A stretch of 36,686 nucleotides of DNA from Myxococcota bacterium (GCA_040752415.1 JBFMGU010000095.1:1-36686); one strand, 5' to 3'. Positions 17,774 to 27,400 are shown, counted from the first letter of the stretch. Numbers and translations are program-made. Notes: generated by a model from the sequence alone, not told the origin.

Positions 17774-18958
17774 TTACGGCGTGATGGTGATGGTCAAGCC
17801 GTACGGGTACGAACCCGCAATGGAGAGCACCTGCACGTTGTACGTGCCCACGGCCAGGCCGGTAGGCATCATGCGCGAGCAGTAGTTGCCGCCGTTGAGG
17901 TCAATGTCGTCGTTGCTGTCGATCTCGTTGTCGTTGGAGTCCAGGAGCAGCAGGTAGGTGTCCGTCCAGCCATCCGTGCACACGCCGTTGATGGCGGTGG
18001 TCTCGATGGTCGCGCTGGAGTTGGCGGAGGTCACCACGAAGGAGACGAAGTCGGAGTCGGTCTCCGGGTACATGGCGGAGACCCAGTTGTCGGCGTAGGC
18101 GTCGGCTTCCGCGGCGGTCTCGTTGGGCTCGGTCTCGGAGACCGTGCCAGGGGCGAGGATGAGCGTGTACAGGCCCTCCGTGCCGACGAAGCTGGTGACC
18201 TCCGCGTAGTACGTGTCCGCGACGAGTGGACCCACCGGACCGATCCCGCCACACCAGTCGTCCACCGACATGTTGTCGTTCTGCATGAGCGGCGTACCGT
18301 CGGAGGCATAGATGGTGAGGTACGTGTCCAGACCGGTGTCATTGCTGGGGCTGCCGCACGTGCCGGTGGTGGCGGTGGTGCTGACCACCACGTAATCCCC
18401 TTCCGTCGCTGTGAAGGAGAAGAAGTCGAAGTCATTGGCGGGGTTGATTTCCCCGGTGGCCGAGTTGTCATTGGGCATGGGCGTGGCGTTCTCGATGAGG
18501 TCATTGGGCTCCACCTCATCCAAGGCGCCCCCTCCGCCGCTGCTGCTGGAAGAGCTCACCGTGCCCGATGAGCTGGACGTGCTGGTGCCGCTGGACGACG
18601 AGCTGCTGACCGTGACGCCGCTGGACGACGAGCTGGAGGTGGTTCCCGTGCTGGTCGTGGCGGTGCCCGAGCTGGACGAGCTGCTCGTCGTTCCCGACGA
18701 TGACGACGAGGAGGACGACGAGGACGAAGAGGATGACGACGAGGACGAAGAGGACGACGAGGAAACCGAACCCGTGCCGGTGGAGGACGAGCTGCTGCTA
18801 GACACCGAACCGCTGCTCGACGAGCTCGACGCGCTGCTGGAGCTGCTCGAGGTGGTCCCGGTGGTGGTGGTGCCGTTGGATGGCGGCGGAGGACACGCCA
18901 TGGTGCTCAAGAGGAGCGGCAACGACGCCACGGGAAGAAATGTTGCTGACACGCGCAT
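17774..18958 (-). CDS. Lipoprotein with Ser/Thr-rich linker and two PPC-like (pre-peptidase C-terminal) domains
   Basis: Lipobox TMAC, poly-Ser linker, and two E-x-EPN...D-x-D-F...DTYL...NDD/NDN modules. Confidence 0.82.
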   Translation of the reverse strand: MRVSATFLPVASLPLLLSTMACPPPPSNGTTTTGTTSSSSSSASSSSSSGSVSSSSSSSTGTGSVSSSSSSSSSSSSSSSSSSSSSSSGTTSSSSSSGTATTSTGTTSSSSSSGVTVSSSSSSGTSTSSSSGTVSSSSSSGGGGALDEVEPNDLIENATPMPNDNSATGEINPANDFDFFSFTATEGDYVVVSTTATTGTCGSPSNDTGLDTYLTIYASDGTPLMQNDNMSVDDWCGGIGPVGPLVADTYYAEVTSFVGTEGLYTLILAPGTVSETEPNETAAEADAYADNWVSAMYPETDSDFVSFVVTSANSSATIETTAINGVCTDGWTDTYLLLLDSNDNEIDSNDDIDLNGGNYCSRMMPTGLAVGTYNVQVLSIAGSYPYGLTITITP

Positions 18959-19064
18959 GGGAAGGCCTCCAGGGTCCGGGTGCGGGACCACGGAGAAAGC
19001 ACGCTACGCAGCGTGATCTTCCCCGCCCAGGATTTGCCGGAGCGTCCGGGCGTTGTTTGCGTCG

Positions 19065-19358
19065 TCACCGACAACGTTGGGCCGAATGCTCCACGGCGCG
19101 CGCGGTCTCGCCCTGCTGTCGCGCCACGTCCTGGGTGGCCCGCGTCAGCTCGGTGGTGGCGCGCGTCTGTTCGCGCTGCGCGTCGGCAATGTCCTTGAGC
19201 CGGCGCCCCGACTCCTCGGTGGCCGCCACCAGTTTCTCGAGGAGCGCACGGTCCGGACCGTACGCGGGCTGCTCATTCCACCCCGCGTGCGCCGCCGCGG
19301 ACAGCCCCATCAACCCTCCCACCATCACGCCTGCCAGGAATGTTGCCGACGTTCTCAT
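19065..19358 (-). CDS. Small secreted coiled-coil protein (97 aa)
   Basis: GAGGAGG RBS, signal peptide ending AHA and a heptad-like helical C-terminus. Confidence 0.75.
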   Translation of the reverse strand: MRTSATFLAGVMVGGLMGLSAAAHAGWNEQPAYGPDRALLEKLVAATEESGRRLKDIADAQREQTRATTELTRATQDVARQQGETARAVEHSAQRCR

Positions 19359-19407
19359 CGTGTCCTCCTCGGAGAAGCGTAACCCAACGCACGGGCGCGT
19401 ATGGAAA

Positions 19408-19827
19408 TCACGGAGCGCGGTGGAAGAACGCGAAGCCCAGGTAGAGCGCGGCCAGGCCCAAGGGCACGCCCACGCCGGTCCAGCGGATCCTCGTCGAGAG
19501 ATGGCGCAGCGCCTCTCCCGTGGCGTGGCGTCGTTGGAGGACCAGCACCACGCACCAGGCGTTGCACGCCAGCGCACCCGCGGCGAGCGCAATCTTCACC
19601 ACGTGCCACGACGTCAGCGGCCACGCGCGCCAGGCCAGATAGGCCCCGGTGGCCACCACGCCGCACAGGAGCGGAATCTCCCAGAGCGCGTCCATCCAGA
19701 AGTGGAGTCGGGATGCGTGGGCGCGGGTCTCGTCGTCATTGGCGGTGGCTTCCACCAGCAGCTCACCGAGAACCAGCCCGCCCCAGAGACACACCAGGGT
19801 CAGGTGGGCTGTCTGCACCGGGTCCAT
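19408..19827 (-). CDS. Hypothetical four-TM membrane protein
   Basis: MDPVQTAHL..WGG...E start, H.WMD..WEIP motif and four hydrophobic segments. Confidence 0.72.
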   Translation of the reverse strand: MDPVQTAHLTLVCLWGGLVLGELLVEATANDDETRAHASRLHFWMDALWEIPLLCGVVATGAYLAWRAWPLTSWHVVKIALAAGALACNAWCVVLVLQRRHATGEALRHLSTRIRWTGVGVPLGLAALYLGFAFFHRAP

Positions 19828-19855
19828 CCGCGCATGGTAGCGCACGGCGCCGCGG

Positions 19856-20026
19856 TCACATCGGAAGGGGCCCGGCGCCCAGCCACGCAGCCAGCTCGTC
19901 GGAAGCCTGGCGTTCCCGCTCGACCATGAGCGCCAGCGCGTCATTCGCGCCCTGCAGCGCCGCCACGATCCCGTCCGCGCCCGGTTCCGTGGCCTCGAGG
20001 TACTCGTGGATGACGACGTTGATCAT
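19856..20026 (-). CDS. Small hypothetical protein (56 aa)
   Basis: GGAGG RBS 7 nt before the ATG, G/C third positions and an upstream sigma-54 motif. Confidence 0.65.
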   Translation of the reverse strand: MINVVIHEYLEATEPGADGIVAALQGANDALALMVERERQASDELAAWLGAGPLPM

Positions 20027-20062
20027 GGTGAATCCTCCGCGTGCGCAACGCCCATGGCAGGG

Positions 20063-20078
20063 AGCAGCATCCGGGCCA
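20063..20078 (-). promoter_or_regulatory. Sigma-54 promoter for the 56-aa ORF
   Basis: Minus strand TGGCCCGGATGCTGCT with correct GG-N10-GC spacing. Confidence 0.6.
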
Positions 20079-20130
20079 AGGTGGTAAGCGGCGGATTTCC
20101 CAGGGAATTTCCGACGGGCGTGGGAGGGGC

Positions 20131-20170
20131 TGTGCATGCCGGTGCACAACTTGTGCACGGGGGTCCACAA
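20131..20170. promoter_or_regulatory. Two tandem TGT-N12-ACA palindromes, candidate enhancer-binding-protein sites
   Basis: TGTGCAtgccggTGCACA (20131-20148) and TGTGcacgggggtcCACA (20152-20169), 21-bp period. Confidence 0.6.
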
Positions 20171-20394
20171 GGGCACCCATTGTGCCGTTGCGGGGATGGA
20201 TGCCGGCGCGAGTGGCGCGTTTTGCGCTGCGGCCCTGCGCAATCCGAGCTGCGCATGGTCTCGGGGATGTGACCGCGCCCGCTCGAGCCGCGTTCCGGCA
20301 GATGGCCGCCCATCAGCATGGTGACGTCGTGGCTGGAGTGGCGGGTATGGCAAGCCGTGCTTTCGGCTCACGCCCTCCGGGGTCGTCGGAGCAA

Positions 20395-20410
20395 TGGCAC
20401 TCCCGTTGCT
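20395..20410 (+). promoter_or_regulatory. Sigma-54 promoter for the 20527 lipoprotein gene
   Basis: TGGCACTCCCGTTGCT is an exact TGGCAC-N5-TTGC match. Confidence 0.7.
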
Positions 20411-20526
20411 CTCTGGTTCGCGGTGCGCAATCGTGACGACGCGGGACTGCTCCGCTCCGGCGGCGAGTGGCTGGTGCGTGTGTCACTCATGGCGACGTCG
20501 GGAACCGGGGACATCCGGAGGCGGCC

Positions 20527-21243
20527 ATGAAGAGGGCAATCCTGTGTGCCATGACGGTGCTGTTCCCGATCGGATGTGGTCCCGAGGTGAGGATCCTGGG
20601 CGTGAAGGCTCCCGAGCTCGGAGCCACCTGCGTCTACAACGTGAATGACGACGCGCTGCTGCTCGAAGGCGAGATGGAGCTCACCGACGGCACCGACGGC
20701 AACGGCTATGAGGCGGTCTTCAAGGTGCAGAATCCCTTCCCCCACGACGTCGCGATGAGCGGCGCAACGGTGAGGTACGAGTACCCCCGTTCCCCGACGG
20801 AGCTGGTGCCTCCGCCAGGCCCGCTCGCGAACGAGCTCACCGGGATGAGTGGACCGGCGAGCGGTACGGTGCTCGGTTTCAGCGAGGGCCTCATCCTGGC
20901 GACCATCCTGGGCAGCGACACCATCGGTCGCCTGTTTCGCGATCCCGTCGTCAAGAAAGCAGCCGTGGGGCCGGATGGCTTTTCGGTGGTCGCCATCGTC
21001 ACGCTGCAGGGCAAGGCGGGGCCCGGACCAGGCAGCCCCACCCACAGCACCGAATACCGCCACCGCATCCGCCTCACCGTGGGACGCATAGACAACTGCT
21101 CCCCCATCGACGACACGTGCCAGGTCGTCAGTGCCGGCTCGGTGGGACAGCGCAATCCGGTGTGCTTCGAGAAGCAGGACGTCCCCGAGTGCACCTGCGT
21201 GCCAAACAAGCCTCAGTGTACCGGCGTCTGTGTGCCTCCGTGA
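20527..21243 (+). CDS. Hypothetical lipoprotein with Cys-rich C-terminus
   Basis: GGAGG RBS, lipobox PIGC and seven Cys in the C-terminal region. Confidence 0.8.
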   Translation: MKRAILCAMTVLFPIGCGPEVRILGVKAPELGATCVYNVNDDALLLEGEMELTDGTDGNGYEAVFKVQNPFPHDVAMSGATVRYEYPRSPTELVPPPGPLANELTGMSGPASGTVLGFSEGLILATILGSDTIGRLFRDPVVKKAAVGPDGFSVVAIVTLQGKAGPGPGSPTHSTEYRHRIRLTVGRIDNCSPIDDTCQVVSAGSVGQRNPVCFEKQDVPECTCVPNKPQCTGVCVPP

Positions 21244-21426
21244 CTGAAGCGCTCGCGACGAGACGCCTCCACGCGCGCCCTCCCCTGCCCGGCCGGTCGT
21301 GCTGGTGAGGGGTCGCGGGGTTGGTGCTGGACGACCCGGTTCGCGCCCCCCCTCAAGCGCGAGCCGGCCTGGTCCACCCCTCGCCGACGACGTTCCGGGA
21401 CTTTGGTGCTAGGATGTGTGCCCAAC

Positions 21427-22167
21427 ATGGTGAACCGCGTCCATGTCCCCCGTCGCGCGTTCGCGCTCCCGTTGTGCGCGCTGGTGGTGTTGTCGTTGGG
21501 GGCGTGTCGGATTGGCGCCGAGGATGAGCCTGAGGAGACCAAGCGCTCCCGCGCCGCGGCCGACGCCGGCGGACGCAACGGCTTCTCCCGGTTTGACGGC
21601 GGCACGCTCCGCCCCGCGGACCCACCCGACGCTGCGCTCCCCGACGAGGACATCGACGCGGGCGCACCGGATGCCTCCGGAGGCCCGGGCGGTCCGGACG
21701 CGGGGAACACCAACGGGCTGGATGCCGGCGTCGTCGACGCGGCGCCGCCACAGGGCTACGACGCGGGCAACAACGGGGTGTCCACCTGCAACACCTGGCA
21801 GGACTGCCCGCCGCACTACGGCGATCTCAATTCCGCGTTCGAGTGCGTGAGCAACCAGTGCGTGTGCGACCCGACGGGAAACTGGCAATACCAGTGCACC
21901 AACCAAGGCGCGTACTTCAGCGACTTTGACTGCTTCTGCGTCATGAACGGCGGCGCGCCCCCCTCGGAAGACCCCGATCCCGACGACAACTGCGGCTGGG
22001 AATACGAGTACTACTGCGAGCCGGACCGCTGGGTGGACGACTCACACTACGAGCGTCGCTGCGAGACGGTGAATGGGCAGACCGAGTGCCGCGACGTGTG
22101 GGTCGACGATGGCCACTGGGAAGACGGCGGCTGCAACCACGTCCGCTGGGTCTGGAAGTGCCGCTGA
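21427..22167 (+). CDS. Cys-rich lipoprotein with DAG linker and WxxGxW-like C-terminal repeats
   Basis: Lipobox LGAC, DAG repeats, a Cys-rich domain and WVDDSHY/WVDDGHW repeats. Confidence 0.82.
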   Translation: MVNRVHVPRRAFALPLCALVVLSLGACRIGAEDEPEETKRSRAAADAGGRNGFSRFDGGTLRPADPPDAALPDEDIDAGAPDASGGPGGPDAGNTNGLDAGVVDAAPPQGYDAGNNGVSTCNTWQDCPPHYGDLNSAFECVSNQCVCDPTGNWQYQCTNQGAYFSDFDCFCVMNGGAPPSEDPDPDDNCGWEYEYYCEPDRWVDDSHYERRCETVNGQTECRDVWVDDGHWEDGGCNHVRWVWKCR

Positions 22168-22170
22168 GGC

Positions 22171-23091
22171 TCACGCCGCGCCGCGTTCCCGTCGGAACTC
22201 ACCGGGGGCCTTGCCGGTGATGCGCTTGAACGCCTTGCTGAGCGCCGCCTCCGACGAATACCCCACGCGCTCCGCCGCCTCCTTGAGGCCCGCTCCCTCG
22301 TCGACGAGCGCGCGCGCCGCGAGGTGGATGCGCCAACGCGCCAGGTAGCTGGCGGGTGGCTCACCCACGAGACGTCGGAACCGCTCGAAGAACGCCGAGC
22401 GAGACATCCCCAGCTCCTCGGCCATGCTGTCCGCGGTCCAATCCTCGTCGGGGCGCTGGTGGATGAGGCCCAGGGCGCGGGCCACCTGCGGGTCGCGCAC
22501 CGCCGCGAGCCAGCCGCGTCCGTTCTCCGGGATGACGTTGACGTGCGCGCGCAGGGCGCGGACCAGGAGCACGTCGGAGAGGCGGGTGAGCATCAGCGGC
22601 GCGCCGGGCCTTCCGGAGACCGCCTCGTCGGCCATCATCTGCAGCGTGGTCTTCATCCACTGCGCCTCCGCGCCCTCCTGGCCACGCGCGTAGAGCGCCC
22701 GGGGCAGACCGCGCATGAGGGGATGCAGCGTGCTCTCGAAGCGGAACGTGCCGCACAGGATCACCGTCTGCGGCCCGGGGCCGCGGATGCGCACCACGCT
22801 GGTGGCGCCGAGCTTTTCCGCCGGCAGGCTACGGATGGGTACGGCGCGACCGGACGTGCCGTCGGAGAGGACGTGGGGATCACCGTGCGGGATGAGCACC
22901 ACCTCACCCGCCTTCAGCGGCACCGCCCTCCCCTCCGCCACCCGCACCGTGCCGCCCCCGGTGACCACGGCATGGAAGATGCCGGTGGCGGCTCCCTGCG
23001 TGGACACCGCCCACGGTGTGCACAGCTCCGCGCGGCTGAAGATCGTCGAGGAGACGCGCAGCGAGCTGAGGACTTCCGTGAGCAGATCCAT
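22171..23091 (-). CDS. AraC family regulator with N-terminal cupin (RclR-like)
   Basis: MDLLTEVL, FHAV..G, PHG..H, LCG.F, GWLAAVRDP, MSRSAF and VGYSSEAALSKAFKR motifs. Confidence 0.92.
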   Translation of the reverse strand: MDLLTEVLSSLRVSSTIFSRAELCTPWAVSTQGAATGIFHAVVTGGGTVRVAEGRAVPLKAGEVVLIPHGDPHVLSDGTSGRAVPIRSLPAEKLGATSVVRIRGPGPQTVILCGTFRFESTLHPLMRGLPRALYARGQEGAEAQWMKTTLQMMADEAVSGRPGAPLMLTRLSDVLLVRALRAHVNVIPENGRGWLAAVRDPQVARALGLIHQRPDEDWTADSMAEELGMSRSAFFERFRRLVGEPPASYLARWRIHLAARALVDEGAGLKEAAERVGYSSEAALSKAFKRITGKAPGEFRRERGAA

Positions 23092-23098
23092 GGCGGGC

Positions 23099-23135
23099 TG
23101 GACTCCTGGACAAGAGACCCGGACGGGCGTGGATT
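23099..23135 (+). promoter_or_regulatory. Candidate AraC-type direct-repeat operator
   Basis: TGGAC at 23099 and CGGAC at 23120 (21-bp period), each followed by a second TGGA, between araC and the divergent small gene. Confidence 0.45.
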
Positions 23136-23186
23136 GTCCCAGCGTACAGTCGGGATGAAGATGTCGCCACAATCACGGAGGCGAAC

Positions 23187-23426
23187 ATGCGCTGGGCAGC
23201 AACGATTGCGAACTTCTTCTTCCCGGGACTGGGCTACATCATCGGCGGACCGAAGCGAGCGCTCGGCGTGGGGTGGCTGCTCGGCGCCTTCGGGCTCACC
23301 TACGTGGAGCTCAGCATCAAGGAGCCGCTCCCGAACATCTACTGGGCCATGTTCGCCAGCGTGTTCCTGATGAACACCGTCTTCGCCATCGACGTGTACA
23401 AGGAGATGGGCAAGTTGAAGGCGTGA
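23187..23426 (+). CDS. Small membrane protein (79 aa), likely AraC target
   Basis: GGAGG RBS, NFFFPGLGY motif and hydrophobic helices; divergent from araC. Confidence 0.8.
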   Translation: MRWAATIANFFFPGLGYIIGGPKRALGVGWLLGAFGLTYVELSIKEPLPNIYWAMFASVFLMNTVFAIDVYKEMGKLKA

Positions 23427-23439
23427 CGACGAGACGCAG

Positions 23440-23495
23440 GGGTGAACCGGACGGGACGCAACGGGTGAACCGGACGGGACGCAACGGGTGAGCCG
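23440..23495. repeat. 23-bp tandem repeat, about 2.4 copies
   Basis: GGGTGAACCGGACGGGACGCAAC at 23440-23462 and 23463-23485, plus a partial third copy. Confidence 0.85.
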
Positions 23496-23505
23496 CATGC
23501 GACAC

Positions 23506-23771
23506 CGGCAGCCAAGGCTGCACCTGGGAATGCACCAAGCCCTGCCCTCGCGGTCCATCTTCACCGCCTTCACGTCGGCAGGGCTCTGCGTTGTGCTGAT
23601 AGGGGATGGGGCTTGAGAAAGCGGCGTCACGCGGATCACGCGGAACCAAACGCCGATGCTGCGACGACGCTCCCTACCACCACCAACGCAGAGCCCTGCC
23701 GACGGGCAAGTGGTGCAAGCGGAAATCGAGGGCAGGGCTTGGTGCATTTCCAGGTGCAGCCTTGGCTGCCG
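23506..23771. repeat. Long inverted-repeat element (88-bp arms), REPIN/MITE-like
   Basis: 23506-23593 is the reverse complement of 23684-23771, near-identical except for a ~22-bp variable middle; each arm contains internal palindromes. Confidence 0.85.
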
Positions 23772-23803
23772 CGACAAAACGCGCTGGAACCCGCACGACC
23801 GCG

Positions 23804-24004
23804 TCAGACGTCGGCCCCCGCCCCGCCCTCGTCGTCACGCCCCTCCTCCTGGCTTTCCGCGCTGGGAACCTCCGGGAGCGCGCCCGCGCTGGTCACCATC
23901 TGGAAGGCCAGCACCGCTTCACAGAGCGTGAGCGGACGAAACCCCCGGCGACGCAGGCTCTCACGTCGCGCATCCTTCTGACGGGTCGGGTCTTCCTGGG
24001 ACAT
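23804..24004 (-). CDS. Small hypothetical protein (66 aa)
   Basis: GGAGAG RBS, G/C-rich third positions and an upstream sigma-54 motif. Confidence 0.5.
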   Translation of the reverse strand: MSQEDPTRQKDARRESLRRRGFRPLTLCEAVLAFQMVTSAGALPEVPSAESQEEGRDDEGGAGADV

Positions 24005-24042
24005 GCATGCTCTCCGCTTGGGGTGAGGTGGCGCACGGACAA

Positions 24043-24058
24043 AGCAGCCGGTGTGCCA
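24043..24058 (-). promoter_or_regulatory. Sigma-54 promoter for the 66-aa ORF
   Basis: Minus strand TGGCACACCGGCTGCT. Confidence 0.6.
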
Positions 24059-24269
24059 AGACCCGGTGGAGCCCAAAACTCCGCGGAAGACCGGCCTCTC
24101 CTCCGCCTCCGGTCAAGCCCCGGTGCGCAAGTTCCTCCACACCAGGGCGACGCCAACGTGGCGGTGCAACCACGCGCCGTGGTGCCAACAGCCACATCCC
24201 GTCACCGCCCCACCCCTCCAGAGGAACCGGCCCCGGGGCCCCTTCAGAAAACTGAGCCGCCACCTCCCC

Positions 24270-24290
24270 TGATGCGAAAACCACGCATCA
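24270..24290. promoter_or_regulatory. Palindrome TGATGCG-N7-CGCATCA, candidate enhancer site
   Basis: Perfect 7-bp arms 70-90 bp upstream of the sigma-54 motif at 24362. Confidence 0.45.
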
Positions 24291-24361
24291 CCACCGGGTG
24301 TGGGCGGACCAAAACGCCTGTGATTTCGCGGATTTTTCGCACTCGACGCCAACTCCACCCC

Positions 24362-24377
24362 TGGCCTGGGCATTGCT
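24362..24377 (+). promoter_or_regulatory. Sigma-54 promoter for the beta-propeller gene
   Basis: TGGCCTGGGCATTGCT with GG-N10-GC spacing, 38 nt before the ATG. Confidence 0.6.
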
Positions 24378-24414
24378 ACCGTGCGGCGCGTCACCATTTG
24401 CTTGGAGGTGGGTC

Positions 24415-27400
24415 ATGAGACGGTTGCAGTGGTCCTTGTTGGCAGCGGTGTTGGGCTTGTCGGTGGCCTGCGGGCCTACGAACCCGCCAAGCGGCGGAAG
24501 CAGCTCCGGCACCACCGGGAGCTCCAGCAGCTCCAGCAGCAGTGGCAACAACGGCTCCACGGGCGGAGCAGGCCGCACCAACTTCGAGACGCCGCTCCAT
24601 CCCGACTCCAATGGCACCGGCAGCACCAGCGGCGGCGCCGCGGGCTCCTCCAACGGCGGCGCGCAGCCCGGCGCTCCCGAGGACAGCGGTGATTTCAACG
24701 GCGGCCGCGACAACGAGGCGGGCGGTGGAGAGCCACGGCTCGTCGAGGAGAGCGACATCTACAAGCTGGAGGGCAACCACCTCTTCGTCCTCAACCGCTA
24801 CCGCGGCCTGCAGATCATCGACCTGTCCAACCTGGATGCGCCGCGCGTGGTGGGTCGCGTGCCCATCTACGGGTATCCGCGTGAGATGTACGTGCGCGAA
24901 GGTCGCGCATACGTGATCGTCAGCGACTACTACACGTTCTGGCGCAACGAGGTCGACGACGGACTGGGCGGCTTCTACGGCAGCCAGCTCCGCATCATCG
25001 ACGTCAGCAACCTCACCTCCCCGCACCTGCTGGGTGGCATCAACCTGGAGGGTGACTGCACCGACAGCCGCATTGTCGGCGACGTGATGTACCTGGTGAG
25101 CCACCGCTACCCCTGGTACTGGGACTACACGACGACGGACACCGAGGACAAGACCAGCATCCTCAGCGTCACCATCGCCGACCCCACCGACGTGCACGTG
25201 GTGGACACCAAGGACTTCCCGCGCGAGGGCTGGGAGCATCACATCCACGTCAACTCCGAGGCCATCTACCTGGCCAGCAGCGGCTACCAGAGCTACCAGG
25301 ATGAGCAGGGCTGGTGGACGGGCAACTACGTCACGGACATCAAGTACATCGACATCTCCGACCCGGCCGGCGCCATCCGCGTGCGTGGCGGCGTGGAGCT
25401 CAATGGTCGCGTGATGGACCGCTGGTCCATGGATGCGCACGAGAACGTGTTGCGCGTGGCCAGCGGAGAGAGCTGGGGCAACGGCGACATCTTCCTGCGC
25501 ACCTACGACGTCACCAACCCCGACCTGATCACCCCGCTGGGCGAGGCCGTCCTGCACGTGGATGAGCAGCTCACCAGCGCGCGCTTTGCCGGCAACCGCG
25601 GTTACCTCGTCAGCTACCGCAACATCGACCCGCTGTTCGTGTTTGACCTGAGCAACCCCGCGCAGCCCACGCTGCTGGGTGAGCTGGAGATGACCGGCTG
25701 GCTGGACTTCATGATCCCGCTGGCGGGGGACCGCGTGGTGGCGCTGGGGCACGAGGACCTTGTCGACGCCAACGGCAACCGCCAGATCAGCCTCGCGGTG
25801 TCCCTGATCGACGTGGCCACCAACCAGCCCGCGCTGCTCTCCCGCGTGGTGCTGGATGGCATCTGGGGCTGGATCCCCGCCGAGCGTGACGACTTCGCCA
25901 AGGTCTTCCGCGTGCTGCCCGAGCAGAACCTGATCCTCTTCCCGTTCCAGGCCTGGAGCCCCACGGACTGGCGTTACGTGGGCGGCGTGCAGCTGGTGGA
26001 CCTGGCCGAGGACACGCTGGTCAAGCGCGGCCTGATTGGCGACGCGGGCTGGGTGGAGCGCGGCGTGCCGTACAACGAGAGCACGGTGCTCACCATCTCC
26101 AGCCAGATCTTCCAGGTCATGGACATCACCAACCGCGACGAGCCGAGCGTGCGGGCCCGCCTGGAGCTGGCGCGCAACGTGGGCTCCCTGGGCGTGCTCC
26201 CCGGCGACCTCACCGTGCAGCTCTCCGGCGACTGGTACCTGGGCGACACCGAGCTGACCATCACGCCGCTCAGCGACCCGAACGCGGAGACCCCGGTGGC
26301 CAAGCTGCGCACGCCCGCGCCCTACGGCCGCATGTTCAGCAACGGTGCCTTTGCGTACGTGACCAGCACGCAGGATCCCACGCCGGAGGACACCAGCACC
26401 TACGACCACGCCACGCGCATCCAGGTGGTGGACCTGCAGAACCCCGCGCAGCCCACCTTCCGCGGTGAGCTGTGGCTGCCCGAGCCCATCTACGTGGGTT
26501 ACGGCTACTACTACTGGGGCTACGGCGACGAGGTGGCGCAGGTGAACGGCAACGTCCTGGTGTTCCACCGCTACACCTACGAGTACGACGCCAACTGCTG
26601 GGAGGACTACTACGGCTCGTACTGCGAGGGTCGCTACCGTCACCTGCTGTACGTGGTGGACCTCTCCGACCCCGACGCGCCCGCGCTCACCGCCGAGCTG
26701 GAGCTTGACGACGTGGATTGGAGCTACGGGCTCCGCGCGCACGGCAACACGGTCCTGCTCTCCAGCTACCGCACGGTGCACCATGATGGCTGGTGGTTCG
26801 CGCGCTACAGCGTGCACCGCGTGGATGTGTCCAACCCGGCGCAGCCGCAGGTGCTCCCGGAGGTGAACATCCCGGGCTGGCTGGCGGGTGTCTCCGACGA
26901 CGGGCAGACGCTGTACACGCTGGAGAACTACTACGACCAGAACAGCACCAACCACTCCGTGTTCCACGTGCTGCAGCTGCACGAGGACCACGCGGAGCTC
27001 CTGAGCAGCGTGGAGCTGGAGGGCTATCCGAGCACGCTGCACATCAAGGACGGCGCCGCGTTCACCACGCGCTACGTGTACGACTACACCACGGTGGACG
27101 GCGTGGAGCGCTGGGACGCGGACTCCATCCTCACGGTGCTGGACATCTCCGACCCGCAGGACGTGCACGTGGCCGGCGAGACCACGCTGCCCATGGACTA
27201 CGGCTGGCTGATGAAGGTGGAGGGCAACCGCGCCTTCGTGGTCAATGACGTGGGGATCTTCACCGTCAACGTGCAGGACATCACCGCTCCCACCTACGAG
27301 GCGTTCTTCCGCACCATGGGCTGGGCGCAGGACATCGTGGTGCATGGCTCCAAGGCGTACGTGCCGAGCGGTTACCACGGCGTGCAGGTGCTGGACCTGA

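Noticed and set aside
18411..19016. Asp/Glu-rich ORF on the + strand (likewise 36148..36654 on the - strand)
   Set aside because: These are antisense shadows of poly-Ser linkers in lipoprotein genes on the opposite strand.
20131..20170. DnaA-box cluster / replication origin
   Set aside because: The matches to TTATCCACA are poor, and there is no AT-rich unwinding region or dnaA/dnaN. Paired enhancer palindromes explain the sequence better.
23440..23495. 23-bp repeat as CRISPR or iterons
   Set aside because: The copies are head-to-tail with no spacers and there is no rep or cas gene; it is a simple tandem duplication.
23804..24004. DUF3018/MazE-like antitoxin (RESLRRRGFRPL resembles R.RLR..GLRP)
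   Set aside because: The following WVPD motif is absent and there is no adjacent toxin gene.
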